In this document: positions 58,569-64,000 of the stretch, in pieces | Layout of the letters: every line of letters starts with the position of its first letter | Position numbering within the stretch: position 1 is the stretch's first letter | From: a virus | Lineage: Duplodnaviria; Heunggongvirae; Uroviricota; Caudoviricetes | Reading direction: 5' to 3' (one strand) | DNA length: 64,000 nt | Virus record (IMG/VR): IMGVR_UViG_3300034157_000066 | The notes under the pieces: generated by a model | Told to the model about the DNA's origin: nothing | What the model saw: only the letters and a program-made list of their open reading frames with translations | Database searches by the model: none | Position numbers and translations under genes: made by a program

Positions 58569-58994
58569 ATGAATCCAGTTATCATCAACAGCCCATTGAA
58601 CTCTTACGATGTTGGTCAACGTGATGCGGCTATTTCTGTCATCAACACCAACCTCACAGCCCCCGAATTCGACGCGGTTTTCCGTGACGCCATCAATGAC
58701 TATCTGGAAGGCTGGTTGTCTTTTGAACCAGAAGTCCAACGCACTCTGGCGATTGCACAATCTGTTGAAAATACCGACTCTCATACAGTTGCCCTTACTG
58801 TTTTCAATAATGCATTTATGAAACAGGAAGCTTTTGGTGACGCCAACAAAGTCTTTGAGCATGAAGGCCAGAAACTTTTGCTGACCCACTTCATTGAAAA
58901 CGAAAAGCTGCCCGCAGATTTCTCTGTTATGAGCTTGGCAGAATGGTTGGAAATGAAGACAGAAGAAACCACTACTGGCTTTCAGCCTGAGTAA
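58569..58994 (+). CDS. hypothetical acidic protein
   Basis: Promoter, GAGAG RBS, terminator. Confidence 0.8.
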   Translation: MNPVIINSPLNSYDVGQRDAAISVINTNLTAPEFDAVFRDAINDYLEGWLSFEPEVQRTLAIAQSVENTDSHTVALTVFNNAFMKQEAFGDANKVFEHEGQKLLLTHFIENEKLPADFSVMSLAEWLEMKTEETTTGFQPE

Positions 58995-59147
58995 TTTTTC
59001 ACCGGCTTCAACGTTTTTAAAACCCTAGGTTAAGTGATCTGGGGTTTTTTGTATCTATTAATTTTAGTGTCGAAAACCTCATTTTTGCTTGATTTAAAAT
59101 AGGATCTATCGTATAATACCCCATATCTTAGAACGGAGTTATTACAG

Positions 59148-59441
59148 ATGATTACTAAACAAACAGGCTTCATCATTCTTGGTTCGACTGATTGCTATGA
59201 TTCTCGCAGTGAGAACTTTGTTCAAGGTATTTTCAAGGATGAAGAATCGGCAAAAGCCACTGTTGAACATCATCGCCGTCAGAAATCTGTAGCGTCAAAG
59301 TTCTCAGAAACAGGAAAATATACAGTGAAGCCAGTTGACTATGAACTCATCAATGATGGTCGTATTCTCATCGCTGGTCGGGTTCTGGATAATGATATAT
59401 TCCTGTTGCGTGGCGAAGACGAATATTTTTCTTTTGCCTAA
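59148..59441 (+). CDS. hypothetical protein
   Basis: GGAG RBS. Confidence 0.75.
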   Translation: MITKQTGFIILGSTDCYDSRSENFVQGIFKDEESAKATVEHHRRQKSVASKFSETGKYTVKPVDYELINDGRILIAGRVLDNDIFLLRGEDEYFSFA

Positions 59442-59466
59442 TTAACTTGATTTTGGAGATTTTTAG

Positions 59467-59649
59467 ATGATTACCAACACCGTTGACATCAAAAAACATC
59501 GTCGTATTGGATGGACACTGTGGACAGCTCAGGCCGTTTCTTTGTTTGTTGCCTTTGTGCTGGGCTATGCTCCAGCTTTGATCACCTGTTTGATCTTGGC
59601 TTTGTGGATTGGTTTGCGTAGTGGTGATCGATTCGGTGACGAATACTGA
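59467..59649 (+). CDS. small two-TM membrane protein
   Basis: GGAG RBS; hydrophobic core. Confidence 0.7.
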   Translation: MITNTVDIKKHRRIGWTLWTAQAVSLFVAFVLGYAPALITCLILALWIGLRSGDRFGDEY

Positions 59650-59692
59650 AAAATTCGTTGACAAATCTTTTCGTTTGCACTAACATAGTCTC

Positions 59693-59791
59693 AACAGTGT
59701 TACATCCTATCATGATGATGTCGATCATTGACGGTGTATCCATTATGATTCAAACACCAAAACTCTTATTGGACGCTCTAAGGGTTTTTTT
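59693..59791 (+). ncRNA. putative sRNA unit 1
   Basis: TTGACA(59658)-17-TAACAT promoter; terminator ACTCTTA..TAAGGGT-T7; no SD-led ORF. Confidence 0.5.
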
Positions 59792-59849
59792 GTGTCTAAA
59801 ATTTAAGAAAGTTGTTGTAATATTCGATTCATTTGTGTATAATTGATCT

Positions 59850-59949
59850 TAATCGAGCCATATCCACTGTTGTTAACTTGATTTTCAATACGTTATGGCC
59901 TTCAGCGACAGCAATTCAAACCCTTATAGGACACTTTAAGGGTTTTTTT
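59850..59949 (+). ncRNA. putative sRNA unit 2
   Basis: TTGTAA(59815)-17-TATAAT promoter; terminator ACCCTTA..TAAGGGT-T7; GCCATA/TATGGC stem. Confidence 0.5.
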
Positions 59950-60041
59950 GTGCCTGAAATTTGAGAAATCAATTGTGAGTTTTTTCCATTTGTTGTATAA
60001 TAGCTTTAATCTAATCCATACATGTATTGAGGAATTTATTC

Positions 60042-60449
60042 ATGGCATTCGCTTACTCTGCTGCTTATCTCTCCCAAGGTTCCAATAAACTTTTCGAAGA
60101 TCTTGGCGTAGAAAAAGGTAAACTCCACATGACCACTTGCTTTGACACCACGGCTCAGATGCAGCCTTCTGACAATATTGATATTGTATACAAATCGGCA
60201 TTGATCGCGGCCATCACAGAATGGAATACTCCGAATGGTGTATACGTGGTTGCTGAACTGGATGATTGCTTGTGGAGTTCAATTTTGAATCAGCATTATA
60301 TTTCCCTCGGTGCTGTTGAAGATTTGCCACATAAGCCCCATATCACGTTGATGAAATCATCTTCGCCAGAATTGGTTGAACAGCTTCAGTCACTGGTTGG
60401 TGAAACCGTCTACTTTGACAGTCATACCATTAAAGTAAAAGGACTTTAA
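60042..60449 (+). CDS. acb1: 2H phosphoesterase, Acb1/T4 gp57B-like (candidate anti-CBASS nuclease)
   Basis: Two HxT motifs (KLHMTTCF, KPHITL); AYSAAYLS, WNTPNG and LGAVED align by eye with T4 57B; GAGGA RBS, own promoter 59973-60001. Confidence 0.7.
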   Translation: MAFAYSAAYLSQGSNKLFEDLGVEKGKLHMTTCFDTTAQMQPSDNIDIVYKSALIAAITEWNTPNGVYVVAELDDCLWSSILNQHYISLGAVEDLPHKPHITLMKSSSPELVEQLQSLVGETVYFDSHTIKVKGL

Positions 60450-60499
60450 TTCCAGAAGCTTTTGTGGTCTAATGCTTCATCAAATTTGAGGTTTTCTCC

Positions 60500-61021
60500 A
60501 TGACCGAAAAAACAGTCCGCTTTGTCCATATCTACCATCCAGCCTATTTGGGTGGTGATGTTTATGCGATTAGTCAACCTCATTTGCATGAAACAGCAGA
60601 AAAGTCTGTTAATATGGCTATTAATGGCATGAAAGAAGGTAGACTGATGCATGATTGCGTTCAAGTTGAGTGGACGGCGGATGATGATGAAACGGTTTAT
60701 ACAATCCCCCAAGACTATACGGTTCCAGAAGGTTGTATTGTTCGTTTTATGAACGTGGAGCGACCTAACCATATTCAACCCGATAGTTTTGTGGCAGGTC
60801 AAGTGGGTTTGTATGCCACAGCAGAAGCCGCTAAGGCACAAGCAGAGCGTATTAGTCTTGGCTTCTGGATGGATCGTCATTATGTCGCTGTTGCAGTTCC
60901 TGTTATCTTTAAAGGGCTACCGATGGCTGATGGTTGGGTTAAACATGACCGTGTAAATTACACCGCCGTTCACCGTGAAGAATTGCGTGTGGTTGATATG
61001 ACACCTACACCAAGCTATTAA
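60500..61021 (+). CDS. hypothetical protein
   Basis: GAGG RBS; internal duplication (RFVHIYHP / RFMNVERP). Confidence 0.75.
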   Translation: MTEKTVRFVHIYHPAYLGGDVYAISQPHLHETAEKSVNMAINGMKEGRLMHDCVQVEWTADDDETVYTIPQDYTVPEGCIVRFMNVERPNHIQPDSFVAGQVGLYATAEAAKAQAERISLGFWMDRHYVAVAVPVIFKGLPMADGWVKHDRVNYTAVHREELRVVDMTPTPSY

Positions 61022-61137
61022 AATTCTACAAAAGGAAGTTTTTATAGCCTAATTCCATCTTGGTTTTGGGCTTTTTTCTTTACAATTTCCGCATTGTTTG
61101 GTATAATAGACCTCACAAACCAACGATGAGGTGCAAC

Positions 61138-61254
61138 ATGAAAAATCTTAACGCAACGATTGTTCGTCTTGTTAAAACCTGTAAGTCGGTAAAAAAAGCT
61201 CTCACTCCTGTCCAAGACAGTAGCTACAAATTCAGCCAAAATTATTTCGAGTAA
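61138..61254 (+). CDS. 38-aa small protein
   Basis: GAGGTG RBS after TATAAT promoter. Confidence 0.5.
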   Translation: MKNLNATIVRLVKTCKSVKKALTPVQDSSYKFSQNYFE

Positions 61255-61260
61255 TCATTG

Positions 61261-61425
61261 ATGTCTATTTCTACACATGCCGAAGCCGTGGTCTTGTTGC
61301 AATCTTTGCAAGAACAACTCAATGATCCGGCTCATGCTCTTTGGCTTTCCGAAAATCCTGAATATCTTTCTAGGATTAATGCATTGGTGTCTGAAATTCG
61401 ATCTAAATTAAAAAATAGGAGTTAA
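61261..61425 (+). CDS. 54-aa small protein
   Basis: MSISTHAEAVVLLQSLQEQLND...LKNRS; fills an operon gap. Confidence 0.6.
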   Translation: MSISTHAEAVVLLQSLQEQLNDPAHALWLSENPEYLSRINALVSEIRSKLKNRS

Positions 61426-61433
61426 TATTTACT

Positions 61434-61634
61434 ATGCGTTTAAAACCTAATTTTCTACGAACCGTTGATCCTAAAAATTTCAACAATGCTAATTTTGATG
61501 TAAATGTAATGTCCATTTCAAGTCGCCAACGACTTGATTCTAACTTATCCCTCATTGTTGTTGATGGTCGTGAACATCATGTTTACACCTCTGAATTGAA
61601 AGAGTTAGTTAATCTTCCAGATTCTTATAGCTGA
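61434..61634 (+). CDS. hypothetical protein
   Basis: AGGAG RBS. Confidence 0.7.
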   Translation: MRLKPNFLRTVDPKNFNNANFDVNVMSISSRQRLDSNLSLIVVDGREHHVYTSELKELVNLPDSYS

Positions 61635-61635
61635 T

Positions 61636-62451
61636 ATGACTGACCATCAGAAATCACTCACAGAAGCCTATCGTGAGTTTGGTGAAGACTTGAATAGCTC
61701 TGCCACTGTGGTAGAGCTTCGTCGTATGCGTAATATTAATGCTGACACTATGTTCTATACCTCAACTCGCGTTAGTCATCCTTGTTTTGAAAATGAATTC
61801 AGTGTTACTACCCCTGTGGCTTATCTGAATCGGACTGAACTTTATTTGCCAGCTATTCAGCTTTTCAAAGATATTCAAAAAACAGATTTTTCAAACATTC
61901 ACAATGTTCTGGATGTGGTGCTTACCTCGGGTATTGAATGTTGTATATTTTCGGAAGGTGATCACCAGTTCAAAAGTTATTTGACGATGAAAGATTCATT
62001 TTTTTCAGGTATTCAGTCTTGCTATGATTTTGCGGTAAAACATTATGGGCTTCTTCGCATTCAAGAGCATGAGAAACGTAAACGAATGCTGAGTATGCAT
62101 TTAAATTTTGAACTTGGTGTGTGCCGTGAAGGGGCTTTTGTCCAAGCAAAATTTACGGTTCCTACTCGTTACAAGCCTTTTGACATTATGCTTTATGAGC
62201 TGAACCAAAGATTTTACCTCTCGGTACCGAAAGAATCAAAAGACGTTCAACACCCAGAGAATGAAACGTTTGTTTTTGAGGGTGAACATGCACAAGCTGA
62301 TATCTATAAACTCGTTCATGAGCGGTATAGACATCGTGTCTTTTATTCCAACTTTAAGAAGCAATTTGACCGATATTATGATGATGATATTCAACTAGAT
62401 GGTATTGACTTGTGGTCAACCGTTCAGCTTATGGACGCAATAAAAATGTAG
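61636..62451 (+). CDS. hypothetical protein with C-terminal LMDAIKM tag variant
   Basis: 271 aa, operonic. Confidence 0.8.
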   Translation: MTDHQKSLTEAYREFGEDLNSSATVVELRRMRNINADTMFYTSTRVSHPCFENEFSVTTPVAYLNRTELYLPAIQLFKDIQKTDFSNIHNVLDVVLTSGIECCIFSEGDHQFKSYLTMKDSFFSGIQSCYDFAVKHYGLLRIQEHEKRKRMLSMHLNFELGVCREGAFVQAKFTVPTRYKPFDIMLYELNQRFYLSVPKESKDVQHPENETFVFEGEHAQADIYKLVHERYRHRVFYSNFKKQFDRYYDDDIQLDGIDLWSTVQLMDAIKM

Positions 62452-62457
62452 TCACCA

Positions 62458-62486
62458 TTGACGAAAACAACATTTTGATCTATAAT
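62458..62486 (+). promoter_or_regulatory. sigma70-type promoter
   Basis: TTGACG-17 bp-TATAAT. Confidence 0.85.
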
Positions 62487-62510
62487 TGTCGGACACATTA
62501 GGAGTATAGA

Positions 62511-62993
62511 ATGCAAGAATTGGCATCAGTAATTAAAGAATTTATGTTGAAACGAGGTGAAACCATCTCGGTTGCTGAAAGCCTCACCAGTGGCTATCTG
62601 CAGGCTCATATGTCCGCAGTAGCAGGATCTTCCAAGTATTTCTCGGGTGGTATCACCGCCTACAATATCGACATGAAGGTTAAGTTTTTGAATGTTGATC
62701 GAGCGAACGCTGAAATCTGTGATTGCGTCAGTGAACAAACAGCTATTGAAATGGCGAAAGGTGTTGTTGAACTTTTTGATACTGATTATGGTGTTGCGAC
62801 CACGGGTTATGTGGATAAAGAGAACTCGAAAGGAATGGCCCATGCTTATTTTGCCATCTACTCACGCAGAGATCGCAAATTGCACAGCTTCTTTATGTCT
62901 TGCACCCATTTGGAAGAAAGAACAGCAATTCAGGCATATTTTGCTAGACTTGCGACCGAAAAGTTGGTAAAATTCTTAACAGTTGACCTCTAA
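62511..62993 (+). CDS. pncC: CinA C-terminal domain / PncC NMN deamidase-like protein
   Basis: VAESLTSG (catalytic Ser), AGSSKYF, YNIDMK (Lys), VSEQTAIEMAKG; GP loop divergent. Confidence 0.8.
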   Translation: MQELASVIKEFMLKRGETISVAESLTSGYLQAHMSAVAGSSKYFSGGITAYNIDMKVKFLNVDRANAEICDCVSEQTAIEMAKGVVELFDTDYGVATTGYVDKENSKGMAHAYFAIYSRRDRKLHSFFMSCTHLEERTAIQAYFARLATEKLVKFLTVDL

Positions 62994-63019
62994 CCAATTT
63001 TAAAAAGGCTCTCTTAATC

Positions 63020-63466
63020 ATGCAAACTATCAAAGCAGCAACCAATCAAGAACTGGTTTTGGTACGTGGTCACTCGGGCAGTGGTAAATCCACTTTCGCA
63101 GGTTCTTTTGTTCCTTTCGGCTACAAGCATTTTGAAAACGACAGTTTCTTTGTCGGTGAAGACGGCGTTTACACCTTCGATTTTGCATTCCATCAGGTTG
63201 CCAAGGACGAGTGTGTCAAGAAAGCCGTTCAAGCTTTGCTGGATGGTGAATCGGTGGTGGTGAGCAACACCTTCACCAAAGTGGTTGAAATGGACTCGCT
63301 GGTTTCTTTCGCCAAAGAGTTGGGCATTGATATTCGAATTTTCGAAATGGAAAACGATTATGCCAACACCCACAACGTACCAGAAGCTGTTATTGTCGAA
63401 AAGAAGGCCGCTTTTGAGCCGATTGAGACTGCTTTGAAGGTCAAAGGTGATTATGTAATCGTTTGA
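63020..63466 (+). CDS. P-loop kinase (AAA_33 / polynucleotide-kinase-like)
   Basis: LVLVRGHSGSGKST Walker A, VVVSNTF, HNVP. Confidence 0.8.
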   Translation: MQTIKAATNQELVLVRGHSGSGKSTFAGSFVPFGYKHFENDSFFVGEDGVYTFDFAFHQVAKDECVKKAVQALLDGESVVVSNTFTKVVEMDSLVSFAKELGIDIRIFEMENDYANTHNVPEAVIVEKKAAFEPIETALKVKGDYVIV

Positions 63467-63613
63467 TCGAATACGCTTTAAAATGAGCCTCACAGATGTG
63501 GGGCTTTTTATTTCTCAAAATTATCTTTTTTGGTTAAGCCGTATAGAAAAGAATTGCCTAAAATCTTATTTTTGTGTATAATTGCACCATAAACAAAGAA
63601 AAGGAATAGACAC

Positions 63614-63868
63614 ATGATTCGTTTTGCTCAAATCTATCGGAACAATGATGACAAATGGTTTCTGCAGATTGCCAAGAAATACGATCTCACTGTGGTCGAT
63701 ACTGCTTGGCAAGACAGTGACGAACTGGGTGATGCCTGCTTGACGCCTTCGGTTGACATCGAAGCTGAGATTATTGCTTGTTCCAGTGAAGCTGACGCTA
63801 TGCTTCAGTTGTCGGTTCATTATGCCAACGAATACCACAAGCATACAGCCATCAAAGCTCCTTACTAA
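63614..63868 (+). CDS. hypothetical acidic protein
   Basis: Promoter plus AAGGA RBS. Confidence 0.75.
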   Translation: MIRFAQIYRNNDDKWFLQIAKKYDLTVVDTAWQDSDELGDACLTPSVDIEAEIIACSSEADAMLQLSVHYANEYHKHTAIKAPY

Positions 63869-63899
63869 AACCACGTATACTCAGCAGTGATTATCCAAC

Positions 63900-64000
63900 A
63901 TGGCTAAGAAGATTAAACCAAAGTTTACACTTCCAGAACCACCAAGCGTTGACGTTCTTCGTTTGGAAACGGTTGATGGTTGTGGTATCTACAAGAGTAA
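63900..64000 (+). CDS. hypothetical protein, 3'-truncated by window edge
   Basis: MAKKIKPKFTLPEPPSVDVLRLETVDGCGIYKS runs off the end. Confidence 0.55.
   Translation, partial: MAKKIKPKFTLPEPPSVDVLRLETVDGCGIYKS

Noticed and set aside
537-63874. Many ORF-track entries antisense to or overlapping longer genes (e.g. 31971-32645, 42693-43346, 43656-44216, 53088-53789, 63014-63493)
   Set aside because: They shadow well-supported genes, lack an RBS or promoter and have no motifs.
1-64000. Stop-codon recoding as in some jumbo phages
   Set aside because: Code 11 gives dense intact genes; TAG (e.g. 27533, 37968, 62451) and TGA stops coincide with gene ends.

Overview
AT-rich, densely coding window with about 105 credible ORFs, about 90% on the + strand. 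It shows no capsid, terminase, replicase, integrase or rRNA genes. Most genes are small transcription units with consensus sigma70 promoters (TTGACA/TTTACA-17-TATAAT) and intrinsic terminators, many with C(UUCG)G loops. This best fits the accessory/early region of a jumbo phage or phage-like megaplasmid. The host is probably a proteobacterium, judged from the EmrE, PepA and PncC homologues; the window alone cannot settle phage versus plasmid. Recognisable genes are an SMR/EmrE pump, a GT2 glycosyltransferase, an M17 leucyl aminopeptidase, a trypsin-like lipoprotein, a Lar-like protein, an Acb1/gp57B-like 2H phosphoesterase, PncC/CinA-C and a P-loop kinase. Five features stand out. (1) A ~480-nt promoter-to-terminator non-coding unit (57411-57928) holds two covarying copies of an unknown RNA motif and ends in a CCA-bearing tRNA-like RNA with an 85-nt structured insert in the D-loop. 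(2) Two further atypical A34 tRNA-like genes share G4:U69 and C32-G38 with it. (3) Four signal-peptide proteins share an N-terminal motif and have interchangeable stalks; three of them end in variable disulfide-closed tips. (4) An island carries at least eight SUKH/SMI1-like proteins with no toxin. (5) A shared C-terminal DMxxI-type tag occurs on otherwise unrelated proteins. All functional interpretation of these is inference from visual sequence reading; no database searches were run.
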